NCBI GenBank assembly: GCA_009779855.1
Contig: WRBC01000005.1
Location: 43,115-107,114 of the forward strand
Source: Coriobacteriia bacterium
Lineage (GTDB): Bacteria; Actinomycetota; Coriobacteriia; WRKU01; WQUG01
Direction of reading: 5' to 3'
DNA: 64,000 nucleotides
Below the pieces are notes generated by a model. The model worked only from the letters and a program-made list of their open reading frames with translations, searched no databases and was not told where the DNA came from. Shown here piece after piece: positions 19,145 to 28,794 of this stretch (position 1 is the first letter of the stretch; the number at the start of each line of letters is the position of its first letter). A program made the translations under genes and the position numbers.

Positions 19145-20521
19145 ATGAGAGAACATAGTGATACGACTGCCCTTTTCAAGCTGGTAGAGGCAGATAAATT
19201 GCAGCGCAAAGAACAGCTAGCAAAACTAGTGTCGTATCAGTCCTTAGCCTTTCCTGGCTATGATCCTGCTCAGTCGGCGGAGTGTGCCCAGCTTGTTGCA
19301 GCGCTATTGCGCGATGTAGGTTTTGCTGATATTGAGATGCTTGATGTTGGCGGGCAAAATCCCACAGTGTGGGCAGAGACTAGGATAGACGATGATGCTC
19401 CGACGATATTTCTTTACGCACATTACGATGTGCAGCCAGCTCCTCTAGAGCAAGGTTGGGACAGCGATCCCTGGACGATGATTGAACGTGATGGTCGTTA
19501 TTTTGGGCGGGGTTCTGCAGACGATAAGGCGGGAATTGTTCAACATCTGTCAGCACTGCGCGCACTTTGTGAACAGCGAGGCCTGCACGGTGTAGGTCAA
19601 CTTCCCTTCAATATTAAAGTTTGCTTCGAGGGTGAAGAAGAGTATGGTGATTCTCTGCCGACGTATATACCGAAAGATGCAGACCGCTTTGAAGCCGATG
19701 TTTTCCTAGTCTGTGACGGGGGTAACCTAGAGCGCGGGAAGCCTATCTTGCAAACGACATTGCGCGGGGTAGTAGAACTGAATATCGAGGTTCAAACCTT
19801 GCCCAATGCCCTGCATTCGGGTGCTTTTGGGGGACCAGCCCCAGACGCTTATTTGGCGCTGACACGCTTAATCTCTAGTCTCTATGATGCAGAAGGAAAC
19901 ACCGTAATTGCTGGGGTGAAGGATGCTGACTATCAGGGAAGTGCCGATTACAGTGACGAGCTTTTTCGTCGTCAAGCAGAGGTCCCAGAAGGCATTGAAT
20001 TGGTGGGAACGGGAAGCGTTGCATCTAGACTGTGGACGCGTCCAGCAGCAACAATTGTAGGTGTGGATATGCCAAGTATTGAAGAATCTTCAAATATAGT
20101 TATCCCGAAGGTAAGTGCTCGAATTTCGCTACGCTTTCCTCCGGGGCAGGACGGTGCAGAGGTACTTGAAGCTCTTAAGCAGCATTTATTGGCGCGGGTG
20201 CCTTGGGGTGCAGATGTAAGCTTCACTAGCGAAAATATCATGAATGCCTTTGCGGCAGGGGATGCAGGAGGTCCTTATACAGCGCTTATGAAGGATTGCC
20301 TGACAGAAGCCTACCAGTCGCCCTGTGGTGAGGCAGGTAGTGGGGGCAGCATTCCTTTACTGGGAGTGCTCCAGCAGGTATCGCCAGAAGCAGAATTCTT
20401 GCTTTTCGGTCCCATAGATAGTGAGCTATCAAATATTCACGGGGCAAACGAAAGCGTCTGCGAGCAAGAACTGGAGAATTGCACTAAGGCAGAAGCTCTT
20501 TTCATGAGTCGGTTGTCCTAA
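19145..20521 (+). CDS. M20-family metallopeptidase (dipeptidase/ArgE/DapE-like)
   Basis: 'YAHYDVQPA', 'GRGSADDKAGIV', 'GEEEYG' are the metal-binding motifs of peptidase family M20. Confidence 0.85.
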   Translation: MREHSDTTALFKLVEADKLQRKEQLAKLVSYQSLAFPGYDPAQSAECAQLVAALLRDVGFADIEMLDVGGQNPTVWAETRIDDDAPTIFLYAHYDVQPAPLEQGWDSDPWTMIERDGRYFGRGSADDKAGIVQHLSALRALCEQRGLHGVGQLPFNIKVCFEGEEEYGDSLPTYIPKDADRFEADVFLVCDGGNLERGKPILQTTLRGVVELNIEVQTLPNALHSGAFGGPAPDAYLALTRLISSLYDAEGNTVIAGVKDADYQGSADYSDELFRRQAEVPEGIELVGTGSVASRLWTRPAATIVGVDMPSIEESSNIVIPKVSARISLRFPPGQDGAEVLEALKQHLLARVPWGADVSFTSENIMNAFAAGDAGGPYTALMKDCLTEAYQSPCGEAGSGGSIPLLGVLQQVSPEAEFLLFGPIDSELSNIHGANESVCEQELENCTKAEALFMSRLS

Positions 20522-20666
20522 TCACTCTTCTGAGACTACATGCCATGAACTAAAGGCGGAGCAGTTAAAGATCACAGCCCGTGAAGGACTACTCTGACGC
20601 TCGATACTAGACGTTCCTATGAGATAATATTGCGTTGGAACAACCGCAGATCCGAGAGGACAGCAC

Positions 20667-21956
20667 ATGCCAGGTGTGGTTTTGATAGGTGCCCAATGGG
20701 GCGATGAAGGTAAGGGCAAGATTACAGATTTGCTCTCGCGCGATTACGACTATGTGGCGCGCTTCCAAGGTGGAAACAATGCGGGCCATACGGTAATCGT
20801 AGGGGATCGCACACTTAAGCTGCACCTTATTCCCAGTGGGGTTATGTATGATAATGTCACGCCCATCATAGGGAATGGCTGTGTACTGGACTTGAAGGTC
20901 CTTATTGACGAAATTGACCGTGTTGAGTCTGAAGGTATCAGCTGTGAGCGTCTTATCATCAGCAGTAATGCACACATTATCATGCCCTATCATCTTGATC
21001 TTGATGAGGCCAGTGAACGCAGGCTAGGTAAAAACCTTATTGGTACGACAAAGCGTGGTATTGGTCCTGCGTACCAGGATAAGATTTCACGTATGGGACT
21101 GCGCATGCAAGACCTTTTTGATCGCTCAATCTTTAAGGAAAAAGTTGCGGCTGCGCTTATCGAAAAGAATGATGTGCTTGCAAAGGTCTATGACCTGCCT
21201 ACCTATACGGTTGACCAGATTGCAGAAGAGTACCTACCTTATGCAGAGCGCTTAAAACCTTACATTCAAGACACCTCCCCGCTACTTAATGATGCGCTAG
21301 ATGAAGGCGACTGGGTGCTGTTCGAAGGTGCTCAGGGAACATTGCTTGATATTGATCACGGCACCTATCCCTTTGTAACTTCTTCGAATCCCATTGCGGG
21401 GGGTGCTGCAGTAGGTACAGGAGTCGGCCCGACAAGGGTTGACCGTGTACTGGGTGTTGCTAAGGCTTATATTACGCGTGTGGGCTCAGGCCCTTTCCCA
21501 ACAGAGCTCTCTTGCAAAGATGGTGACACCTTTATTGATGTGGGGCACGAATTCGGTACTACCACAGGCCGTCGCCGTCGCGCTGGTTGGTATGATGCAG
21601 TTATCACCAAGTATGCTGCCCAGGTAAATGGGCTGACCGACCTGTGTATCACAAAACTAGACGTTCTTTCTGCCTTTCCGACCATTAAAATTTGCGTTGC
21701 CTATGAGCACCTTGGCAAGACGTATACAAGCGTCCCTGGTCATCAGAGTGCCTTCCATCATGCAAAACCTGTTTACGAGGAAATGCCTGGCTGGAATGTA
21801 GATATTACAGGGTGCCGTACGTTTGAAGATCTTCCTGTAGAGGCACAGAATTACATCAAACGCTTGGAAGAGCTTGCTGGTGTTCCCGTGACTATGATTG
21901 CTGTTGGTCCTGACCGTGAACAGACTATCCACAATGGGTTTCTCCAGAGAAGCTAA
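20667..21956 (+). CDS. purA: Adenylosuccinate synthetase
   Basis: 'IGAQWGDEGKGKITD' P-loop, 'GGNNAGHTV', 'GTTKRGIGPAY'. Confidence 0.95.
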   Translation: MPGVVLIGAQWGDEGKGKITDLLSRDYDYVARFQGGNNAGHTVIVGDRTLKLHLIPSGVMYDNVTPIIGNGCVLDLKVLIDEIDRVESEGISCERLIISSNAHIIMPYHLDLDEASERRLGKNLIGTTKRGIGPAYQDKISRMGLRMQDLFDRSIFKEKVAAALIEKNDVLAKVYDLPTYTVDQIAEEYLPYAERLKPYIQDTSPLLNDALDEGDWVLFEGAQGTLLDIDHGTYPFVTSSNPIAGGAAVGTGVGPTRVDRVLGVAKAYITRVGSGPFPTELSCKDGDTFIDVGHEFGTTTGRRRRAGWYDAVITKYAAQVNGLTDLCITKLDVLSAFPTIKICVAYEHLGKTYTSVPGHQSAFHHAKPVYEEMPGWNVDITGCRTFEDLPVEAQNYIKRLEELAGVPVTMIAVGPDREQTIHNGFLQRS

Positions 21957-21988
21957 AGACTGAAGAATAACGAGGACAGGCACTAACG

Positions 21989-23293
21989 ATGAACATACTT
22001 GTTATAGGTTCTGGTGGCAGAGAGCATGCTATTGTGCGCGGGCTTGCTGCGTCACCAGAAGTTAAGAATATTTACGTTGCTCCTGGCAATGGAGGGACAG
22101 CTCTTGAAGAGAAGGCACATAACGTAGAGGTCTCTTCACCACTGTGCTTTGCGAAAGATCATGCTATTGATCTTGTGGTGGTAGGTCCTGAGGCACCGCT
22201 GGTGGAAGGGCTTGCTGATGAGTTGCGTGCAGCGGGTATTGCCACGTTTGGTCCAGGAATTGACGGCGCTTTGCTGGAAGGGTCAAAGCAGTTTAGCAAG
22301 GATTTCATGTTTACTCATGGCATCCCAACTGCTGCATATGGCGTATTTACTGTAGATGAACGTGAGGCGGCCTATGCCTGTCTTGAGGACTTCGGTGCTC
22401 CCGTCGTCGTAAAGGCAGATGGTCTAGCAGCAGGTAAGGGAGTCACGGTTGCTGCCACTCTTGAAGAAGCCCGCGAAGCGGTTAATGAATGCTTTGATGG
22501 TCGCTTTGGGGATGCCGGAGCAACTGTAGTAATTGAAGCCTGTCTAGCAGGTGACGAATGCTCAATGATTGCCTTTGTAGATGGGTCAACCGTCTTGCCT
22601 CTGGCCCCCTCGCAGGATCATAAGCGTGTTGGGGATGGGGACACAGGCCTCAATACGGGAGGGATGGGCTGTTACTCTCCTGTTCCTAGTGTAAGCGACG
22701 AACAGCTTGTGCAGATGACAGATATCCTTAACCGTACAGCAGCAGCACTTGTTGAAGAAGGCATTGAATATCGAGGCATTCTTTACGCGGGTTTTATGTT
22801 GACAGAGGAAGGTCCACAGATTCTTGAGTTCAATGTGCGCTTTGGTGATCCAGAGACACAGGTCTTATTGCCACGCCTCAAATCTGATCTTGCGCAGATA
22901 ATGATGAAGACAGCCTGTGGTGAACTCTCAGGTACAGTTCTAGAGTTTTCGGATGAAGTAGCGGTGAGTGTTGTTATTGCTAGCGCGGGATATCCAGGCA
23001 CTATAACAACAGGACTGCCCATTACAGGAATTGATGACGCTATGGCAAGGCAGATGAAACCAGAGGCTTCTTTGCACATTTACCATGCAGGCACGAAGCT
23101 ACTCAAAACAGATGAGAATAGTGAGGAGCTTGTTACTGCAGGCGGACGCGTGCTGAATGTAACGGCACTCGCGCCTACCTTTGAAGAGGCAATTGAAGTA
23201 GCCTATCGCGCGGTAGAGAATATTCACTTTGAGGGGGCATTTAGTCGATCAGACATCGCCCAGCGAGCACTCTTAAAAAGAGAACAGAAATAA
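21989..23293 (+). CDS. purD: Phosphoribosylamine-glycine ligase
   Basis: '[15 protein letters not shown]' N-terminus and ATP-grasp motifs. Confidence 0.95.
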   Translation: MNILVIGSGGREHAIVRGLAASPEVKNIYVAPGNGGTALEEKAHNVEVSSPLCFAKDHAIDLVVVGPEAPLVEGLADELRAAGIATFGPGIDGALLEGSKQFSKDFMFTHGIPTAAYGVFTVDEREAAYACLEDFGAPVVVKADGLAAGKGVTVAATLEEAREAVNECFDGRFGDAGATVVIEACLAGDECSMIAFVDGSTVLPLAPSQDHKRVGDGDTGLNTGGMGCYSPVPSVSDEQLVQMTDILNRTAAALVEEGIEYRGILYAGFMLTEEGPQILEFNVRFGDPETQVLLPRLKSDLAQIMMKTACGELSGTVLEFSDEVAVSVVIASAGYPGTITTGLPITGIDDAMARQMKPEASLHIYHAGTKLLKTDENSEELVTAGGRVLNVTALAPTFEEAIEVAYRAVENIHFEGAFSRSDIAQRALLKREQK

Positions 23294-23331
23294 AGAAGAT
23301 TAAAAGAGGGTATAAGGAGTCAGGTTGAAAT

Positions 23332-23802
23332 ATGATAGATCCTAAAAAGATATTCCCTCAGGTAGACGCGAGCGTACAACTTTTTTTCGCAGCCATAGTC
23401 TGGCTTATTGGGGCAGGCATGATCCTGCGTCTTGCAATGATTTATTTAGCTCAGGTAGGAAGTGAGCACTGGTGGATTCCTCCGCTAGGTCTACTGCTAG
23501 GTCTACTGAAGGCTTACTTTCTTATGATACCCAGTGCTGCAAAGACAATAGAGCGCATCAGAGAACAGGGTCGTAGCTGGCTATTTAATAGCTATGCGCC
23601 ACGTGTTTATCTGCTGGTAGGAGGCATGATTGCCCTGGGGGTATCTTTGCGCTTACTAGGACCAACTGATGTCTTAGGCTATCAAATGTTCCTTGCAGTT
23701 CTTTATCTAACCATTGGCGTAGGAATGTTTATTTCCGACGGGGTATTTTTGGCAGCACTGCGCAAAGGCAAGGCTCGCAAAAAGGCTAACAGTAAGCAGT
23801 AA
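23332..23802 (+). CDS. Hypothetical four-TM membrane protein
   Basis: 156 aa and hydrophobic, with an RBS (AGGAG) upstream. The 3' end is part of a 35-nt imperfect direct repeat. Confidence 0.5.
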   Translation: MIDPKKIFPQVDASVQLFFAAIVWLIGAGMILRLAMIYLAQVGSEHWWIPPLGLLLGLLKAYFLMIPSAAKTIERIREQGRSWLFNSYAPRVYLLVGGMIALGVSLRLLGPTDVLGYQMFLAVLYLTIGVGMFISDGVFLAALRKGKARKKANSKQ

Positions 23803-23890
23803 GGTTCACCTTCGCTCGAAAAGCCTGCCAACAGAGGAATGTTTTATTTCTGGCGGGGTATTTTTAGCAGTGGCAGTAGCTGGGACAGAG

Positions 23891-24598
23891 CTAGCACGCT
23901 ATTGTTTGCTGGGGGGTTACGATGTAGTCCATCTTTACATCATGAGGTTCTGCTGGCAGCTGGTCAAAGAGCGTTTCGTCATAGCTAATTCCGACAAGAA
24001 GTGGACCTTTTGACACGGACAGTCCTTCTGGTGCTTCGTCACTTTGTTGCGATAAAAGCTGCGGTACAAGTCCTTGCTGTAAGGGCGCAAGTAGTTGATC
24101 GTAGTAACCCTTGCCGTAACCCAGCCTATTCCCCTGCGCATCAAAGGCCAGACCGGGCACTAACATTACCGCAATATCCTTCAAGTCGACTAGAGGCATG
24201 TCAGCCCCTGGTTCTGGTATTCCAAAGCTGCCAGGAAGGAGATGCTCCAACAGCGCGAAGTGTAACGAGAGTTTGCCCTTGCCGGCAATACGGGGGAAGG
24301 TCATGCGTGGACGTACTCCGCCAGATGACTCAATCGTATCAAGGAAACCATTGGGATTAGGTTCCCCTTTGCTGGGGGCATAGCTGGCAAAGCATTGCTG
24401 ATGGTTAGTTTGTCCCTGCTCTAGGGCGATTCGCAAAGCATTTTGTACTTCCGGAATTGAAAGGAAGTTTCCTGCAATAAGAGAGGACGACCTCAAAACG
24501 AAGTCGTCCTTTTGTAAAAGTTCTTTTCGCACAGCTAGTGCCTGTGCTCGCAGACCTTCTTTCCCTTTTTGCTTGAAAGACTGACCAGTGATACTCAT
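23891..24598 (-). CDS. 5-formyltetrahydrofolate cyclo-ligase family protein
   Basis: 'GNRLGYGKGYYDQLL' matches the MTHFS GxGxGYYDR motif. Confidence 0.7.
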   Translation of the reverse strand: MSITGQSFKQKGKEGLRAQALAVRKELLQKDDFVLRSSSLIAGNFLSIPEVQNALRIALEQGQTNHQQCFASYAPSKGEPNPNGFLDTIESSGGVRPRMTFPRIAGKGKLSLHFALLEHLLPGSFGIPEPGADMPLVDLKDIAVMLVPGLAFDAQGNRLGYGKGYYDQLLAPLQQGLVPQLLSQQSDEAPEGLSVSKGPLLVGISYDETLFDQLPAEPHDVKMDYIVTPQQTIAC

Positions 24599-24612
24599 CT
24601 AAAGAGCTTTGG

Positions 24613-26115
24613 TTAAGGGGTACCGGGATCGGGTTCGATGCCGGGCTCGACCAGTTCGCCTTCCCCGAGCAATTCATCAAGGTAGAGAGTATCGTCCTCA
24701 AAAGTCATATCCCCTTCACCTAGGCCAAACTCTTCCATCATGCCTTCGTCAAGCATGAATTCTTCGCCAAATCCTTCTTCATCAAACATAAAGTCTTCAT
24801 CGAAGTCAAAGTCAAATTCTTGTTCCTGTGCTTCCCACGCACGCTCTTGTTCTTGCAGCCACAAATGAGCTGCAGGGTAGACGACAATGGCGTAGGAGAG
24901 TACGAAAACAAGCATTGCTGCAAGTGCAGCTCGTGCTGGGCGTATTTCCAATCCCTTGTCATGTTTCGCCTTCACAGCACCAATAATCCATGCACTAAAG
25001 AGGGCAGTAAGTAGGGATGCAAGAAGTAATGGCAGGAAAATGCCTAGGACAAAGATCGAGCTTGCAAAATGCCAGAAGTCTGATGCAAAAGTGCCGATAC
25101 TTTCCATAGGCATAGACATTTCAATGAAGTTTCTGCCCATGATGTAAAGTGCTACCAGTAGCGCATAAGAAATGACTGCTTGGATTGCTCCAATAGGGAC
25201 TGCGAAGAGGTAGCGAACAGAGGCCTCTGTGGGATAAATCTTTCCACAAGTGTAGACCTTAATTCCGCGCATGACCCCTCCGTGGATGGTCAGCAGTATA
25301 AGAGGTAATACGACAAGTAATGCCTGCACGGAAACAAAGGCAAAGTCCATCACCATAAGGAATTGGGGAATTTCGCCACCTGCACTAAGAGGATCTATTT
25401 CAGCAATAAGTCGATCAGCATGAAGCATGAGACTGTTTTGACCCAGGTAAACAGCTAATGAGGTCGCGAGCCATAGTACGACCCAGCTTGCATGCTGGGG
25501 AAAGAGCCAGCTTATACCTTTACCAATCTTGCAAAGAGCTTTGCGAAGCTTGCCGTCCTCAGCTCCTGAATTAGGTTTATCAGATCTTTTCGCAACGTCA
25601 TCCTCGTTTTTTTCGTCTTTGTTAGAACTTGCGTCAAGGACGGCCTCTTCAAGTATTGCATCAGCGGAAGGAGCTCTATCCTGAGAAGAGCTTTTCTCTG
25701 CTCCTAGGGGTGCCGCATCAATCAGGCAGTCAGCAGTGACCATGCCTACCAGACGTTCATCTTTGTCTACAATCGGTAGGGCTAGCAGCTTGTTCTTAGT
25801 AGCAAGCCATGCGGCGTATTCAGGATCCTTGTTCGGGTTAGTGCTGGGAATGTCATAACGGGCAAAACTTTTCAGCTTTTTGTCTGCATCCTGCAAGAGC
25901 AACTCTGATAGAGTAACAAAACCCATAAGGCGAGAATCTGCCTTCGGCAAGCCGTCTACATCAGTTTCTCTAACCAAGTAGATGTAGTGTAGGCCCTTCA
26001 TGTCTAAGCCTAGACTGCGTAGATGCTCTGTAGTCTCTGCGACAGTCATGTCTTCAGTAGCAACGGCAGGTGCGGGCACCATGATGTCATCAATATAGAT
26101 TTTGCGGTTTCTCAT
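24613..26115 (-). CDS. CBS-pair domain membrane protein (MgtE-like topology) with a repetitive acidic C-terminal tail
   Basis: N-terminal tandem CBS motifs, then about seven hydrophobic helices. C-terminal 'EFDFDFDEDFMFDEEGFGEEFMLDEGMMEEFGLGEGD' acidic repeat. Confidence 0.6.
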   Translation of the reverse strand: MRNRKIYIDDIMVPAPAVATEDMTVAETTEHLRSLGLDMKGLHYIYLVRETDVDGLPKADSRLMGFVTLSELLLQDADKKLKSFARYDIPSTNPNKDPEYAAWLATKNKLLALPIVDKDERLVGMVTADCLIDAAPLGAEKSSSQDRAPSADAILEEAVLDASSNKDEKNEDDVAKRSDKPNSGAEDGKLRKALCKIGKGISWLFPQHASWVVLWLATSLAVYLGQNSLMLHADRLIAEIDPLSAGGEIPQFLMVMDFAFVSVQALLVVLPLILLTIHGGVMRGIKVYTCGKIYPTEASVRYLFAVPIGAIQAVISYALLVALYIMGRNFIEMSMPMESIGTFASDFWHFASSIFVLGIFLPLLLASLLTALFSAWIIGAVKAKHDKGLEIRPARAALAAMLVFVLSYAIVVYPAAHLWLQEQERAWEAQEQEFDFDFDEDFMFDEEGFGEEFMLDEGMMEEFGLGEGDMTFEDDTLYLDELLGEGELVEPGIEPDPGTP

Positions 26116-26152
26116 TTTAGATATAGTGTCCTAACGTATCCTCTATCGGTGG

Positions 26153-27082
26153 CTATAATTCACGCTTGCAGGCAAGTATAGCACGCACCAATTCTGTCCA
26201 TCCGTCGCCTTGCGATCCTTCTGTCAGGTAAGCATTCGGCATGCTGATAAGGGCGTCTTTCATATGGGGTGAACGGAGTGAATTCTGCAGCATAAAGATA
26301 GCTGCGACTTCTGGGCCACACTCTAGATCGGCCATGCCGTCCCCTACCATTAAGGCTTCGTCTTTACGTAAGCTCCGACGCGCAAGGTCTGCCCTAATGG
26401 CAAATCCTTTAGTAGCCCCCGTAGGGGTCAGGTGATATGCACGAATGGGCTCGCTACTTTCAATTAACGTATGAGCAGAGGGGGCAATGACGCCGTTCTC
26501 AATTAGGGTTATAGGAATCTCAAGATTGGCAAAAAGTACATTAGCTTTTGCAGCATCAACGCGTCCGCGTAAGACATTAGTAGCTTGCCTGTTAACATTC
26601 CAGGGACTATGGTATTCAATTTGTCCGGGGAAGGCAGCAAAAAGTGCTTCCATGGCACCGCTAGCATTGATGATGTCAAGCGGTGTTGTGTCGCCGGAGG
26701 CACGTTCGCGTAATTCTGCAGACCAACTGGGGGTGTCGTAAACATTTTCGCGCACACCCTTATCAGCATGCCAGTATGACCTGACAGCGCCAGCCTCTCC
26801 GATAAAGTCGTTCCAGCCACACAGTCGTGAGATCTCGATTAACTGGGTAACACTGCGTCCTGTGCAGGGTACTACCTCAAAATCAGGACTTAAATTGACC
26901 TCAACAATTGTCTGTGCCGTAGTGGCGCTGGGCTGATTATTTCCATCGACCAGCAGACATCCACGTTTCCCTAGTACTGTTCCGTCAATGTCAGTGTAAA
27001 GAATCTTTATGTGGCGGAGCATTTCCAGAAGCTCTCCATCGCCGGCGCGTGCGCGCTGCAATTCTTCAGAAAAATTTTTCAC
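26153..27082 (-). CDS. HAD-superfamily (Cof/IIB-like) hydrolase
   Basis: Motif I 'LYTDIDGTVL'. Late 'MVGDGMADLE' (motif IV-like). Confidence 0.7.
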   Translation of the reverse strand: MKNFSEELQRARAGDGELLEMLRHIKILYTDIDGTVLGKRGCLLVDGNNQPSATTAQTIVEVNLSPDFEVVPCTGRSVTQLIEISRLCGWNDFIGEAGAVRSYWHADKGVRENVYDTPSWSAELRERASGDTTPLDIINASGAMEALFAAFPGQIEYHSPWNVNRQATNVLRGRVDAAKANVLFANLEIPITLIENGVIAPSAHTLIESSEPIRAYHLTPTGATKGFAIRADLARRSLRKDEALMVGDGMADLECGPEVAAIFMLQNSLRSPHMKDALISMPNAYLTEGSQGDGWTELVRAILACKREL

Positions 27083-27253
27083 GGTGTGTCCTCCTCAAAT
27101 CAGTCTTTCATTATAAATGATGGGTGCTTTTATCTTGTCCTTGTTAGAGGCTTGTCGTCAGTTTCATGAAATTTCACTGAAATGTTGCGTGCTGAAGTAT
27201 CATAGTAGTTTGCGCTTGTATAAGACTTTGTGTGACTGAAAGGGCATTTTAGA

Positions 27254-27997
27254 ATGATTTTTGATCCAGTTTTTATAGGAATCATGATTCTATCAATAGT
27301 TTTGGGTGGTCTTACTCAACTCTATATTAAGAGTACATTTAAGAAATACAGCAAGTCTGGACTTGCCAGACCTGCAAGTGGGGCACAAGTTGCAGAGCGT
27401 ACTTTGCGCCACAGCAATTTGCCTATTGCCGGTCCCAGTGGGGCAGTGGGCGGAAATGCTTTTGGCAAAAGACCTGTTACTGTCGCGCGTTCAACGCAGG
27501 GTAAACTTTCGGATCACTTTGATCCGCGTAGCAATACGGTTGCCCTGTCAGAAGTAGTTTATGATAAAAGCAGCATTGCAGCAGCTGCAGTAGCAGCACA
27601 TGAGGTGGGGCATGCCATTCAAACTGCCGAAGCCTATTTACCGGGCAGAATCCGCTCGGCGCTCGTCCCTGTGGCGAATTTTGGCTCATCCATATCCATA
27701 TGGCTGATAATTGGTGGACTCTTTCTTGCTTCAAGCAATGAGTTTCTTGGTACAAATCTTATGTGGCTGGGCATTGCACTTTTCGGAGCAGCAGTACTTT
27801 TCCAGGTAGTTACCCTACCAGTCGAATTTGATGCGAGTCGTCGCGCCATGGTACTTCTGCGTGAAACGGGTACCCTGACGGCGGCTGAACTACCAGCGGC
27901 ACGTAAGGTTCTTACAGCTGCGGCACTAACATACGTGGCGGCAGCACTTATAGCGGTATTGCAATTGCTGTATTGGATTGGGCTAGCTAGGGATTAA
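27254..27997 (+). CDS. YugP-like membrane zinc metallopeptidase
   Basis: HExxH 'AAHEVGHAIQ' between TM helices. Size and topology fit the YugP family. Confidence 0.75.
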   Translation: MIFDPVFIGIMILSIVLGGLTQLYIKSTFKKYSKSGLARPASGAQVAERTLRHSNLPIAGPSGAVGGNAFGKRPVTVARSTQGKLSDHFDPRSNTVALSEVVYDKSSIAAAAVAAHEVGHAIQTAEAYLPGRIRSALVPVANFGSSISIWLIIGGLFLASSNEFLGTNLMWLGIALFGAAVLFQVVTLPVEFDASRRAMVLLRETGTLTAAELPAARKVLTAAALTYVAAALIAVLQLLYWIGLARD

Positions 27998-28008
27998 GAT
28001 AAGCAACT

Positions 28009-28794
28009 GTGAACAAAAGGCCATCAACAACTAGGCGCTACCTTCGGGACGCTACTCTGGGACAGCGACGAGCTGCATTTGCTGCCGCTGTTCTAACTGT
28101 TGTTATGTTGATTGCCGCCATCGCATTGTTCTTCGCAACAGAGATGGAGATGCTGCGTCCAACCCCAACAACTGCAGCAGAGACTCAGTATTTGCGTGCG
28201 CGAAGCGCAGAGAGTGATGCGATTGATGCAGCGAGAGCTGCAAGGGTGGCCGTCGACACCGCCCCTGCCGTAGTGGCAGCGCGTATTGACACTGCTGATG
28301 CTCAGCTTTTGATGGGACAATTTAGCGCAGCAGCACGCACCCTTGACCTGGTGCTAAGGGACAACCCACACAATGTGAGAGCTCTCATCTTGCGCGGTAA
28401 CGTGTATGAGACCTCTGGTGATAAGCGCGATGCGGTAGATACCTACCATCTTGTACTAGATTACGTAGGTACGCATGAACCTGAAGTGCGCCGTGAGGCA
28501 CTGCGCGGGATTGGCTACAGTCTAGCATCGTTAGGCGAAGGTCCTCAGGCGTTGGACGCGCTCACCCAGGCTGCTCTGATCGTTCCAGAGTCAACTACCT
28601 TGCATCTTGCAGCGGGGGAGCTTGCCCTTGAACTAGAGCGCTGGGAACTTGCAGCAACACATTTTTACTCCGTTCTTCGCTTTGCTCCCAACGATGAGCT
28701 CGCACTTGATCGCTTAGCTGTGCTGGAGCGTGATCATAGCGAGGCTGCTTCGGCAGCGCTTATCGCGCTTACCGAAGGGACTGCGTATGAATGA
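28009..28794 (+). CDS. Membrane-anchored TPR-repeat protein
   Basis: N-terminal TM 'AAVLTVVMLIAAIALFF', then TPR-like helical repeats (ALILRGNVYETSGDKRDAVDTYHLVL...). Confidence 0.6.
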   Translation: MNKRPSTTRRYLRDATLGQRRAAFAAAVLTVVMLIAAIALFFATEMEMLRPTPTTAAETQYLRARSAESDAIDAARAARVAVDTAPAVVAARIDTADAQLLMGQFSAAARTLDLVLRDNPHNVRALILRGNVYETSGDKRDAVDTYHLVLDYVGTHEPEVRREALRGIGYSLASLGEGPQALDALTQAALIVPESTTLHLAAGELALELERWELAATHFYSVLRFAPNDELALDRLAVLERDHSEAASAALIALTEGTAYE

